NCBI RefSeq assembly: GCF_001194135.2 | Contig: NC_069008.1 | Span: forward strand, 9,466,683 to 9,530,682 | DNA length: 64,000 nt | Direction: 5' to 3' | From: Octopus bimaculoides | Taxonomy: Eukaryota | Shown here: positions 46,361-60,000 of the stretch, in pieces | How the letters are laid out: every line of letters starts with the position of its first letter | How positions within the stretch are numbered: the first letter of the stretch is position 1 | Notes under the pieces: model-generated | What the model was told of the DNA's origin: nothing | Databases searched by the model: none | Seen by the model: the letters and a program-made list of their open reading frames with translations, nothing else | Made by a program: the position numbers and the translations under genes

Positions 46361-46889
46361 AACACAAACATTTCATATCCATAATGCAAGCCATATGTGA
46401 CAAATGTTTTAGTTTATACCTAACTAGACTCACATTCTTTATAATGATGCTCATAAGGATAAATATGAATATCCGAAATCATTCTCTACTATTTCCTTTA
46501 TCAAGTCCTCTGTAATAATCTTTTGTTAATACTTCTTGCACTGAGAACAGTGATATATATAATTAATTTAATTTAATCAAATTAATTTTATTATTTCTAT
46601 TCTACCATGTATTTGCATGTTTTAATATCGCTGTTTGAAACAATAGTATGCATGAATTAAAATTCTAAATTTTAAGATCTCTTTTCCATTTTTAACAAAT
46701 TTGTTGAGTTTTATGGGATACCTTTCCATAAATTGACGTAACACACCATATACAAGTGCTATTTTTATATTCGCAAATTTACGCCAGTAAGCTACCAGCA
46801 AAATATGAAGAATCTATATTAGAAATCGTTTTTTGGAATCCTCCAAATTAAAGGACGAAATATAATTCAACCTTTTCACACACATATAT

Positions 46890-47480
46890 ATCATCATCAT
46901 CGTTTAACATCCGCTTTCCATGCTAGCATGGGTTGGACGATTTGACTGAGGACTGGCGAACCAGATGGCTGCACCAGGCTCCAATCTGAGTTTCTACAGC
47001 TGGATGCCCTTCCTAACACCAACCATTCCAAGAGTGTAGTGGGTGCTATTTCGTGCCACCGGCACGAGGGCCAGTCTGGCGGTACTGGCAACGACCACGC
47101 TCAAAATGGTGTTTTTTACGTGCCACCTGCACAGGAGTCAGTCCAGCAGCACTGGCCACAACCTCACTCGAATGTTTTGTTCATGTGCCACCAGCACAAG
47201 TGCCAATAAGGCAACACTGGTAGCAATCACGCTCAAATGGTGCTTTTTACGTGTCACCGGCACGGAACCACACAGCTGCTTGGGTGGAGCTGTTAGCGCT
47301 CCACTGGCATGGGTGCTAGTCATCGAATTTGGTTCAATTTCGATTTCACTTGCCCCAACAGGTCTTTGCAAGCAGAGTTTAGTGTCCAATAAAGGAAAGT
47401 TGGCATAGGTGCCAGTCGTTGAACTTGGTTCGATTTCGATTTCACTTGCCTCAACAGGTCTTTGCAAGCAGAGTTTTGTG
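46890..47480 (-). mobile_element. Non-coding element with RTE-type 3' tail and internal tandem duplications (SINE-like)
   Basis: Tail at 46890-47030. Duplicated units ACGCTCAAA(A)TGGTG..TTTTACGTG.CACC, and TTC.ATTTCGATTTCACTTGCC.CAACAGGTCTTTGCAAGCAGAGTTT (twice, 47330-47480). Confidence 0.75.
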
Positions 47481-50400
47481 TCCGATGGGCAGCACAATCT
47501 TTATTATAGATTCAGCTGATAGCTGTACTCTGCCTAGGTGTGACAACATGTGTTCAACGTAAACTATCAAGCCTGAAAGTTTCCGACAGTGTACAGAAGT
47601 GTGCAGGACAGTTTCATCCTCCAGCCCATATCTTGGACATGTCGGTGGCACTGACATTTTGTGCCTGGATAACTTCTCGTGAACAGGTAAAGCACTCCTG
47701 TAGCACTGCCAGGTCGGGGATTTTTGGTAATTATCCAAATACCCCAGCTCGAAAGTCTTTTGGAACAGGTTGGTAAGTTGGTTCTCATCAAACCCCAGAA
47801 CCTCTCCTTGGATGTCATCGTTTTTAAACTCTACCAGCCCTCTATACAAAATTGAGGTGGTATTCCCATTGCCGGCCTTGCCCGTCTTGTGGATCAGCAC
47901 AAGTGTCTATCGACACGCCTTTTGCCATTCTGTCAGATTGCGTCTTTTAATAAAACCGAGTTTGAGTCTCTTCAAAGAGGCTGGTCACGGGAAGAATTTC
48001 TCTGCCAGTGGATTCCACACCTTGTCACCTTCCAGGTAGCGCCAGAGATGTCTCAGCTTCAACACATGTTTGCGCATCATAAGCCAGGGCATCTCTAACC
48101 AACCCTTTAGCGGTTCCTGGCAGCAGACTGGAGCGCCTTACAAGTGACTTTCCTCCCTTCCGCAAAAAGGCATTCCAACTTGTTTAGCCATGAGTCAGTG
48201 CAAGGGACAACGGTTAGGCAGAAGGTGATTACTGATGCGAGAAGCACCTGTACCACTTCCGCCCTTCCTTTCAGAGATAGAGCCAGTCCGGACCAGGTCT
48301 GAACTAGAGCTTCCACCCTGTCTGTCACCATTCTTCTCCGTTTGGGAACCCAGTCCAAACCAAACTCCAAGCAACTTAACAGGACCATCTGTCCAGTGAC
48401 CCACGACACTGGACGATACCAGCTTGCTCCTCCAGGTGCCGAGGCGCAAGCCGATGGACTTGTCCTTGTTAACTTTTGCTCCTGCCACCACCTTGTATCC
48501 TTTGACCTGCCCAGAATGGCGCATGTCTGCGCCTTCCCTACAAGCTTCTCCACAATACGCATCAACCTTTTTGCTAACACCTTGGCCAAAATCTTTAACT
48601 CCACATTGAGTAGAGTTATGGGCCTATAATTACTTATACTATCCCCGTTGCTCGGGTCCTTCTGGATCAGCGTCACCACTCTCCAACTCACAGAGCTGGG
48701 AATCCTCCCATTCTGTTGCCAGTTTGCATAGACACCTGCCAGCAGGTCCCCGAACAAGTCCAGCATGCTACGATATAACTTATAGGGTAGACCATCCAGC
48801 CCCAGTTACTCGTCCGTGGTGCACTCAGCCAACACCCCTTTCATCTCCGCAGGTGTAATTGGTCCTTCACAGCATTCGACCTCATGTGCCAAGAGTCGCG
48901 GCCTGCTGGTGAGGAAGCCCTTTAGGGATCCCCCATGCTCGAGCTCATCGCCCTGCCCAAACAACCAGACGAAATGCTGGTGAAAGGCCTTCTGTATCTT
49001 TTCCTGTCCATAGATCTTGTGCCCCTGACACTCTACACGATGGGCCCATCCGGCAATGTTAATACTTCTTTGCCCACTGCACGTAGCTTAGCTCTAAATC
49101 TAATAGACTCTAAACGGATGGCTCTCTTGAGGGCGTGCCACCATCTATTATTAATGATGGCACCACATAATGCCCTCTGTATTAATTCCTTAATCCGGGC
49201 ACGTAAGGCTTGACAAGTCAAAATAGACTTGTTCATCTTCCAGTACCTGGGTCCCTGTCTATGACATTTATCTATATGTACTTCACACGTCACAAATTTG
49301 TGATCCGAGTAAGGCACAATACAAAATTGTGGACAGCTAAAGATATCCCTATCTCTTTCTCTAACAAATACCCTGTCTATATAAGATCTGCGTGAGCCGT
49401 TGTTATTACTCCATGTCCACTGTGGAATGCTTGGCCCATCCAGTCTGTAACGGTCTACTAGATGATAGCTCTCTAGTAGACCCTTGAGGCCAGGATTTCC
49501 CCACCTATCAGTTGAGCCAACACTATCCACCCATGCGTTGAGTATAGTGTTAAAGTCTCCTAACAAAACTACCGTTTTTGAGGTCACTGGAAAGTGCTCT
49601 AGTTCTTGATAAAAACCAGACTGCCTACACTCTTTAGGAGCATAGACAGCTACCAACCTGAAGGACTGTTTACTCTCGTGGGTCACATCTAGGACGACCA
49701 GCCTACCTTCTGGGTCCAGAAAGACTACACTTACCTGTAAGTCCAAGGTCTTCTTGAGGAGAACCACCACACCCCCTCCACCTCGTCAGCTAGGAGAAAT
49801 AAATTTCTCATAGCCATTAAGGAGGGGCGAGAACGCTTGTGGTTCACTCATCTTGGACTCAGTTACAATGCATACATCTATATCTCATGACCTGAAGTCG
49901 TTCAGGAGACAAGCTTGTTTCCATTTCAACCCCAGCCCACGCACATTTATGCACCCTAGCTTAATCGACATGATGAAATTTTATCAAAAGGAATTACTTA
50001 CAATTTAAGTTTGGGTGGGGACTGCACAAATTTGCCTGCCTCCCTGTCCTTTTCTTTTGTTGGTGTGGCTGCCGGGCTTATGATTAATTTACCCTTCGCC
50101 ACTTCCGTGCTGACATCTCGTACATCATCCGGGTAATGCACTATCACTTCTTTCTACGGGCCCTCATCCATTAATGCAAAACTAATGCCTGTCAGTGTGT
50201 CTTTTGTTCTTTTGTACATATGTGTCTTATGGTGTGATCTAATGTATTTAGACATTGGTTCATTTCTCTCTCTTAAGGCCACTGTTTTTTTACGTGGTTT
50301 TTTGGTGGTGGGGGGGGGTGATAAATGATTTTACCATGGGATTAGGTTGAGGAGTTTGGTTGTGTGTGTGTCTGTTGCATGCTTTGTTGATTTTTTTGAT

Positions 50401-51460
50401 TGGGGAGGGAAATCAGGGACATGTGTCTTTTTCCATTTATGCATAACTGTGGTAAACTCCATTTCTTAAGTTTCTTCCTTCTCTGATGCGTTCTCCAGCT
50501 TGTCTGTCTTTTCCTTCACCTCCTTTGCAGCTTTTTGGGGAGGGACCTCTTTCTCTTTTCTTTTTCGTGCACTTGGAGCGAACATGGCCCTTTTCTCCAC
50601 ACTTGAAGTATCTGGGCCTATGTCCCTCCACGGCCACTCACGATGATAGCCCCTCCCCTACAAATACCCTATTGGGCAAATTTTCCAGGACCTCATTCGC
50701 TGCTTGGACTACCATTTCTAATATCTAGCCTTTCCAGTTTATGGCATCCTTCTTTTTCATCTGTAAGATGGACACCTCCTCCTCTGTCGTAAATCACTGC
50801 TGCTGCTACCCACATAACTTCATATCCTGCTGGAATTTCATCCACCGTAATTTTTGCTGTTCTGCATCCCAAGTATGTGGGTAGCAGCATTATCTCCTCG
50901 TTCTTTAGTGTCTTTGTTGACACCTCCTTGGCTATGTCAGCTGTTTGGAACTGCGCTTCGACAGTCGTACTTCGCATTCCACAGTCAACATAGCATACCT
51001 GATTCCATATTGGTGCCAAGCACCTCTCCACCACTTCATTCTTGGCTTCTATTATCCTTTTTCCTTCAGGTTGTAGATTTTATATACTACCATTCTAGCA
51101 TTGATTGCTTGTACCGTTTCAGGAGGCAGCAACAGTTTAGTGTCGCCACCACTTTTTTAAAATTAAATTCCGGAACTTGAATAGTTGTTCCATTTTTACC
51201 TCCAACTCGGTCACGTTACTGCTCACTGCAGCCGAAAAACTTGGCTTTTCCTTTGTCTCCTCGTTATTGCTTTTTGAACCTTTTCCCATCTCAGGAAAAT
51301 CTATTTGGGATTCAATATTGAATTCCATCTCAAAAACTTTTCTTAAATCTTTGTCACAAATGACAAATTCACAAAAAATAAACCCAGTAACAGGTAAAAC
51401 AAACAGTTCAGTAAGTTTTTTCCAAAATAATAATCCAACAGAATTTTCTGCCCCGTAGGG
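47480..51460 (-). mobile_element. Near full-length L1/Tx1-clade LINE (ORF1 with CCHC knuckle; ORF2 APE-RT-Zn finger), internally deleted
   Basis: ORF1 about 51460-49998 with KCGEKGHVRSKC. ORF2 ATG at 49971 (MSIKLGCINVRGL), APE (VLLGDFN, SYIDRVFV, YSDHK), RT start (NYRPITLLNVELKILAKVLA), and C-terminal CPR...ETVLH..VHC. Confidence 0.93.
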
Positions 51461-51674
51461 CAAAAATTACTGTTTCTTCACATACAACAGTTCAAATAAA
51501 AAGATTTCAAAGTATAACACAGAAAAATGATGTACGTAAACAGGAACGAACTCACATAATGTTTGGTAGCAAAGTGTAACTCATGATGCAAAAGAGTGTT
51601 CAGGTAGAGGTGGCACTGCCAAATTCCCGTTCAAAATATATAGTTTTCAAAGTGACAACTAGTCACTGATCTAT

Positions 51675-52030
51675 AAATTAGAAAATTACTATTTTTAAAT
51701 CTCACAATAAGAGATATTCAGCAACAGTACTTTGTAGTAAAGATTATTTTCCAACATAACATGGCAGTCCTAGTTTAGGATGAGTGTTGCTGTAATTTAG
51801 CCCCAGGAGACATTGTCTCCAGCTGGCTATACAACATGATCTTGTTCGAAAATATAAGGACACAGATGTTGTCACATAACCAGCTGGAGACGATGTCACC
51901 TGGGACAACATTACAGCAACATTCATCCTAAACTAGGACTGCCATGTTATGTTGGCAAACAATCTTTACTCCAAAGTACTGTTGCTGAATATCTCTCGTG
52001 AGATTTACAAATAGTAATTTTCAAATTTTA
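51675..52030. mobile_element. ~350-bp fold-back MITE
   Basis: Arms AAATTACTATTTTTAAATCTCAC...CCAGCTGG and CCAGCTGG...GTGAGATTTACAAATAGTAATTT are complementary over about 150 bp. Confidence 0.85.
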
Positions 52031-52199
52031 ATGAGTTCAAGTCTCCCATTGAGTATTTCTGCCATATTTGGTGAAAATCCATTCAGCCATTTTGTAGTAA
52101 TTTTGCAAACACACAGATAAACAGGTGAAGACCAGCAACTACATTATCCTGCTTTCGCTTACATGCACAGAGTAATATAGTGGTAGTAGACAAATATAA

Positions 52200-53380
52200 T
52201 TTTAATATAACATTTATTACAACAAAACACTTATCACTCAATATGGCCACCCTTTTGGGCAATTACTGCTTCCACATAAGAATGAAATTATTTTGCAGCT
52301 GCCACAAACTGCCTTCTTAAGTTAGCATGTTACAAGCATGATGCAAGTCTTCAAACTGTTGACATTCAAGTGTGGTGAAGCATCTGTCATTGCTTGAAGT
52401 ATGCCCCATAAAAAGTAACCGAGAAGGTTGAGATCAGGGCTGTTACTGGGCCCTCACAAAAAATGGCACCATCTCACCAAGGAAGGCCTGTCTTGCTTTT
52501 GACCCATGGCATGGTGCAGAATCCAGGATAAGCACTGTATTGTCAAGCTCAAACTTTTCCATCCAAGATAACAGAGAGTTCTTCAGGATATCCAGATACT
52601 CCTTTGTGCTGATCTTCAAACCAGACTCAATGAAGTGTGGATCCATAACATTTCCATCACTCACCACAGCTTCAAATACCATCACAGAGGCAGGATTCTT
52701 AGTCTCAAACACAGGGTGTTGTCAGAAGGGTTGTATGCAATCACTCGAGAATTTCTGCGATTGACTTCAGTGTCCACATTGAACTTCTTCTCATCCACAA
52801 ACACAAGAGATTTTCCTGCACCTTGATGCTTGGTGAATGACAGAAGCTTTGGGCTTCTCTCAGCTCTGATTGCTTTGACCTTGGCTGTTAGGAGGTGACA
52901 GCGATGACAAATAGTCATGCTAAGGTTCCTGTTCACAATTCTGGGCATGAAATAGGACACATTGTGTTTCTTTGCAAGAGTGGTCATGGATATAGATGGG
53001 TTGGCTTCAGTCGAGCATTTAAGGCCAGCTACAAACATTGGATTGTGTTTGGAATCATTTCGTGTCTTGTTTTCTTTTCTGTCAATCTTTCCCTCTTCTT
53101 TAACTTGTTTACATACATGATAAACTGTTGCATTTGGAAGTTTTTTTCAACTTACCAATTTTATTGGCAGTGTGTCTAGCACATGCCAAAACAACAATGG
53201 TGGAACGATTCTGTTGTTCCATGACTTTCTGTTCTCGAATCAGTTCACTATTTACCTGAAAAATAAAGAGGAGGATTAAATTTTTGAGCAAGCAAGGTTT
53301 TGTTAAAAAAATGAAATGTTAAACCCACCAAGTCAACCGCTTAAAAAAATTGGTCTTAATTTATCTGCAAGACCTTGTAT
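52200..53380 (-). mobile_element. Tc1/mariner transposon relic, probably maT (DD37D-like)
   Basis: LVFVDEKKF..V...N.RNSR; KNPASVMVF.AV.SDG.VM.PHF...GLKI...Y; LDSAPCH. Probable 5' TIR TA-CAAGGTCTTGCAGATAAATTAAGACC near 53350-53380. The third catalytic motif is disrupted, so the D-D spacing could not be confirmed. Confidence 0.78.
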
Positions 53381-53429
53381 GTGCGTACATACATACAATA
53401 CAATACATATATACATACATACATTCAAA

Positions 53430-54330
53430 ATTAATAGTATCGATAAGTATTGAAATTAATAGTATGGATAAAGATATACTTGAAAATTGTTATAATAATA
53501 GACATAATATAAATAATAAAGCAAGATATACTCCTTGCATAAATTCTGAGAAGCATAATATGGACTATGAGTGTCCCAATAAAGCAAACACTTTGTGGTT
53601 CATCATCCCCTTTGCAAGTCAAATTAAAAATAACATAGACAAATCCATTTCCTGATCAATACAGAAACACTTAAATAAAGATAAGTATGGTGAATTTATT
53701 AATTCTAAATGTATAAGCGTTGGTCATTCCCTATCAAAGAATCTTTTTGTAATTATATCCTCAATTGATAATAGAAAACTAGATACTTTTTATAACAACC
53801 ATAACCTTAATGAAAATGGTGGTAGGGTAAATTACAATAATAGAAGACATATAGCTGATATTAACTCCCTTCCTAACTGTAATAATGAAAACGAGTCTAT
53901 TAATAATAACGTTAATCTGAATTGTGATTAAAGAAAATTGTTAACTTAATAATTGTAAACAAGGTAACTTAGTATATAGGTGCATAGTTAAATCTCAAGG
54001 GAAGAAATACTATTACATAGGTTCAACTGAAACTAGATTTAAATGAAGAATCGCAAAACATGAAAGTGTTAGAAATAGACATGAAATTAATAATACAAGT
54101 CTCAGCAAATTTATATGGATATTAAAGGATAATGGTAAAGATCATATGATTAAATGGGAGGTTGTAAGCTATGCCATGGCATATATTTCAGATAGAAAAT
54201 ACTACTTGTGCACAGAAGAGATTTTTCAAATAATAAAATCTGAGCATAAATGATTGAATTCTCAGAAAAAAAAAATTTTAGTTTGTTGCCACTACTCAAA
54301 ATATTTCTTTAGAAAATTTAATTAGGAGAT
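53430..54330 (+). mobile_element. Degraded Penelope-like element (linker plus GIY-YIG)
   Basis: WFIIPFA.QIK; YYIGSTE.RF; SKFIWILKD; KWEVV - homologous to 32.8-33.6 kb. Confidence 0.7.
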
Positions 54331-55329
54331 TAAGATTAAACTGAAAATTGGTAGTATAGACATATTACCACTACTTACAATATGTCTTTAGAAATGAAAT
54401 TATGAGTATAAATAGGATATAAAATAAGTAGTAATAATTTAAGCATATAACATCTAAACATAAATTGATTGGCTTGGGGAAGATGCATATTTTATTTATA
54501 GTGATTAACCTTAATATAATTTTAGAAAATCAAATAAATTTACTAAATAGACTATAAATGTAACCAAATATTAAACTATTCTAATTTGTTATAATTAACC
54601 TAGATATAAACTAGAATATTAAATAAATTTATTGAACAGTTAACAAATTAAACTTCACATTAAAAACACAGAAATAGTATAATAACTATGGCTTAATTTA
54701 TAAATCAAACATAAATTAAAATAACAAATATAAATAACATATACTATATCATATAATAGTCGAATTTCATTTCAGTAATAATACAGAACATGTACCTTCA
54801 CTATCTATTGGATAATATAATTACTTTTAATCCAAGTATGGATATTAACCATGCAAAGAAATTAGCATAAATAATAATAACAATATATACCACGTTACAC
54901 TATGTAATATTTAAATACATAATAATAGTAATTATAATGATACATTTTAATTTTAATACAAATTTTAGGAAGATATAAATTAAAATTTAAGTTTAATTAG
55001 TATAACTGTACTTACAAACCTAACATAATATAATCATAAATAACATACACCATGTTATGTTAGATCATACCATACTTAAAATCAGTTTAATAGTGATGGT
55101 AATAATAAAATTGATCCCTATTACTTAACCGTATAACATTATACATTTTAATTTAGATAAAAATTCTATATATCTATCAATGAAATTAATTTTGATGATG
55201 TAATACACTAAATAAATCCACATAATAATCATGAACTTATAGAGTAAGCCCAAATATGAATATTAAGTACACCATCCCAACATATATCTAAATGTATAAA
55301 TATATAATGCTATAATAAAGTTCACAGTT

Positions 55330-56640
55330 CATCTTTTTCCAGAGGGTGTGGCAGTTGGTCTTTTTCACACAGCTGTCCTCATTCATTCACAACACATGAC
55401 CATACCAGTGCAGTCGTCTCTCTTGCACACCACATCTGATGCTTCTTAAGTCCAACTTTTCTCTCAAGGCGCTTACACTCTGTTGAGTATGTACACTGTC
55501 ATTACACACCCAGCAGAGCATACTGGTTTCATTCCTTGCAAGCTTACGCATGTCCTCAGCAGTCACGGCCTATGTTTCACTACCATGTAGTATAGCTGTT
55601 CGCATATGTATCATACAGTCTGCCTTTTACTCTGAGCGAGAGGCCCTTTTTCACCAGCAGAGGTAGGAGCTCTCTGAACTTTGCCCAGACTATCCTTACT
55701 CTAGCAGCTACACTTTCAGATCATCCATCCCTGCTACTGACTTGGTCACCTAGGTAACAGAAGCTATCAACTACTATTAGTTTTTCTCCTTGGAATGTGA
55801 CGGAAGTTGTTCTCTGCACATTTTCAGTGTTTATTGTTCCTGAGCATTTGCCACACACAAAAACTATTTTCTCAGTTAGCCTTCCTTTGATATTGCTGCA
55901 CCTCTTATGTGCCCATAGCTTACACTGGGTACATCTTATGGTGTTTCTACCAACACCTTTTCTACAGATCGAGCAGGACCATCTACCTGAAGGGATTTGT
56001 GATTTGTATAGCTCTCACTCACTGTTCATCTATCCCTAATTTCCTCATTGACCACCAGACAAGGGAGCAGGGGACCCTGTCAAAGGCTTTCTCCAAGTCA
56101 ACAAAAGCCAGGTATAGAGGTTTATCTTTGGCTAGGTATTTCTCCTGCAGCTGTCTTACCAGAAATATAGCATCAGTGGTGCTTTTCCCTGGCACAAACC
56201 CAAACTGCATCTCATCTAGACTGACTCTCTCCCTAATTAGTTGGGCTATGACCCTCTCCGTTACTTTCATTACCTGATCTAACAACTTGACACCTCAGTA
56301 ATTACTTGTATCTAATGCTTCATTAACTTTACCTTTGTAGCAGTTATTGGGTATGACTCCTTCATGTATCACCTGGCTGAATATAGAGTTGACTAAATTA
56401 TAGCTGACAGTGCCAGATATTCTAAGCATCTCTGCACTGATTCCTGATGGGCTGGGGGCTTTCCCTGTCTTCATACCCTTAATTGCTTTATCTACCAAGG
56501 TACTGTCAATTCAGATAGCTGGTCCCTTTGTTGGGTCGACATTCTGCAAACTCTCTTTCTCCCATTCATTCTCTTCATTTAGCAACCTTTCATAGTGGTG
56601 TCTCCAAGTCTCTCTCCTTGCAGCCTCATTAAATGCATGT
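55330..56640 (-). mobile_element. RTE-clade LINE RT fragment
   Basis: LDQVMKVTERVIAQLIRERVSLDEMQFGFVPGKSTTDAIFLVRQLQEKY...FVDLEKAFDRVP; KWPCSIC. Confidence 0.9.
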
Positions 56641-56716
56641 GATATATATATATATATAGATAGATAGATAGATCGATCAATAGATACACACACACACACA
56701 CACATATATATGTATA

Positions 56717-56838
56717 TATATTAATAATAATAAAGGAGTTACGACGCAAAAACGTATAAATTCAAATGAACATATTTAAATATGTTCATTTGAATTTATA
56801 CGTTTTTGCATCGTAACTCCTTTATTATTATTAATATA
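56717..56838. repeat. 122-bp palindrome (one mismatch) next to a (TA)n/(CA)n tract
   Basis: Centre TTT|AAA at 56777/56778. The arm begins AATAAAGGAGTTACGACGCA, similar to the PLE termini at 11612 and 30770. Confidence 0.9.
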
Positions 56839-57060
56839 ACCAAAAGGATCGATTCTTGAAGAGTCTGCATACCTTCACTGTCGTTTTTTTCTGCTATTTT
56901 GGTGATGATCTTTTGAGTTAGCTTACCAATTATTTTTGTTGGTAGTTAATTTATAATATATTTATATATATATATATATGTATAGAGTCTTAGAAGTGGT
57001 GTACAGATATTCTATAATGAAAAAAAAGAGGGTCCCTAGAATTTTGGAAAAAATTGTTTT

Positions 57061-60000
57061 ATTTATTCATTATTATTAGCACTTTCACTAGCTTTCAAAC
57101 TTGTCAAATAAAATTGTAAATGTGCGAACAGGTTGTTCATTTATATAAATCAGGTGTTTTTTGTTTTGTTTTCAAGAAGAGAACATTGTTTTTGCTTTTT
57201 TTTTTTGTTTTTTGGGTGAGGTTCCAGGACAATGGAGATAGATAGGTAGATAGATAGATACATACATACATACATTGATAGATAGCTTGACAGACTGATA
57301 GGTAGAGAGTGGGAAGAGGGAGGGATTTCTTTTCAATTTGGCATGTATTTACCATTTATTTAGTTAGTTACCATTGTATAGCTATTGACATGAGTTCAAG
57401 TGTGATGACCTCTCCAAGATGTCAGTTTTAGGATGGGGAAAATAATGAAAAAATGGATGGGNNNNNNNNNNNNNNNNNNNNNNNNNNNNNNNNNNNNNNN
57501 NNNNNNNNNNNNNNNNNNNNNNNNNNNNNNNNNNNNNNNNNNNNNNNNNNNNNNNNNNNNTTTCTATGAAAAATTAAGTAGCCATGTGTGCCTGAGTTCA
57601 TGTGTTTTGAAATATGTCTGTGTCTACACTGTAATTTCGATGCTTTGCATTGAAAAATAAAGTTAGGTTTCTTTTAATTTCATGATTTTGCATAAACAAA
57701 CATTAGTACAATATTTACATATTAGAAAAATAAAACCCAATGTTATAGAGATAGGTATCAGAAACAACAGGAACAGTGTACTTTTATTTCCTTAAGGTGT
57801 CAGAAATAAGATAAGAAGCTTTATGAGAATTTTCCCAAACCATCACACTTTGTGCAACTTCTCTGTTTTGTATTGAAAAATAAAGCCAGGTTTCTTTCAA
57901 TTTCATGTTTTGCATGAACAATCAATATTTACAAATTAGAAAAATACCTAAAGTTAGAGTATCCCAACGTTATATATATACCTGAATAATTATAGAGGGG
58001 AGCATCATGTTTCCAATATTGGAGCTACATTTAGAATCAAAATTCTCTGCTTTTCTTTCAAACATTCAATTGTGGAGAGAATTTTTTGATGAAGTGTAGT
58101 TCTATTGCTTTTCGGTATTGCAGTTATCCTGTGAACATTTTTGGTCATCCCGTGAACATTTGTAAAAGAGTAAGATTTTGAATTTTTCATCGCTGCATAT
58201 TTCCAGATGCTTCCTTAACAGAATCTTGCATAATTCCTCTTGTTGGATATGCTGCCTGTGGATTCTTGCACATTGACAAAGGGTATTATTTGTTTTGCCA
58301 AAGTAATTTTCTGTGCAGTTGGGGCAGGTAGTGCAATATATGAGGTTCTGCATTTTGCAGTTCATATCTGCATTTATTTTGAATGAGAATCCACTCTTGA
58401 ATTTTATGTAGGAACCACTTTCTAAGCATTTAAAGTTGTTGTTGTGGTTGCATGTTCCATATCTCCTATCTCCACATTCTTTTACTAAGAATTCTAATTC
58501 ATTCTCTGATGTGAATTCTGCTCTTGTGAGGTGTTTTTTAAGATTTTTTGGTTTGCATCTATTATTCCGTAATGGTTTTTTCAATCGATTTTTCATTTTG
58601 GGGTTTTGTAGGAGTATAGGTAAGTTCGATTTTATGGCATAAAAGATGTTGGTTATCCCAGGACGGTGTGTGTTAACAAACGGAATTGTGTGTTCATTAA
58701 TTTTTTTCTTTAGGTGTCCATAGTTGGGTGATGCTCAGTTTCATTGCCTTTTTACTTCCCTCATTAATTAATCCTAAGGGGTATCTCTGCATTGTAAGGA
58801 AGCCTTTGAGCTCATTGAGTCGAATTTGAGATCAATCACTATAGCATAGATGTGTCTTTCCATGCTGTATGAGATGTTCCTTTTGATGTGTGATGGAAGG
58901 CAAGAGTAGAAATTTAAATATTGGTGTGTCAGTTCTTTTGTAAAATATGTCTGTTGTGGCTGTTGAGTTCTGTATTTTTATGTGGATATCCAGGAATGGT
59001 AGTTCATTGCAAATGGATTCTGTCATGAATTTGTTGGATGGTTGAAGTGTGTTCAGTATATTGTTAAATATACTTAGGTCCTCATTTGATCTGTCCCAAA
59101 AGATGAAGTAATCATTAAGGAAACGTTTCCACTTCTTAATGATATATTTCTTGTACTCCTGGACAAAAGTTTTCTCTACTACCTCATAAAGTTTTTCTTC
59201 CAAGTATCTCATGACTAAGTTTGCATATGAGGGTGCAAGCTGCGTCCCCAAAGCCATTGCCTTTACTGTCGATATGTTTTATTATCAAATCTAAATGTAT
59301 TTTCTTCCAGTGTGTGGCCTTGGTGATGAAGTGTTCAGTTATCCATCCTCTGTTTCTCTACCCAGTGTTTGACTGCTTCTAGGCCTCAAGCATGAGGTAT
59401 ATTCGTATAAAGATTGGTGACATCAAAACTTATTACTACCCTCTGGGACAGTGGGTGAGATGTGCTGGATGAAATCTATGCCATCCCATATATAACTGCT
59501 TATTAATGGGCAAAAATGTTTTCAGGAGTATATCTAAAAAATGACTTAGATGTGTTGGTGTTTGAGGTCAAGCAACGCCTTGGTCTTAGTGTGAGGTCAG
59601 CAGGCCTTAGTATTTTTATGTATTAGTCCTTCTGCTTATTTATGGCATTTTGTATTTCGGAGCTTTTGTGAATTTTGGGCAATCCGTAGAAACTGCTCTC
59701 TTTGGTTACAGAGTTACATATATAATCTTTGTCCTTGTCTTTGAAGGAATCTTGGTGTTTTGAAGGAATCAAAACACTAATCATTGATTAGTGTTTTGAT
59801 TTTATTCATTATTGTTTTTCTGGTTGTCTTGGTTCTTCTTTGTAGTAGGTTTGGTTAGTAAAAATTTCGAATATTTTATCTTTATACTAGTCCTTGTCCA
59901 TGATTACTGTTTCCCCTCCCTTATCAGCTTCTTTTAGAATGTTTGAGTTGTCATTCTTCAGTGTTAGTAAGGCTTCTTTTCTTCTTCACAAAGATTTTGT

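Noticed and set aside
54330-55330. Extremely AT-rich kilobase as a distinct functional element
   Set aside because: It follows the decayed PLE and is best explained as its eroded 3' region or low-complexity sequence; no HHR or ORF was found.
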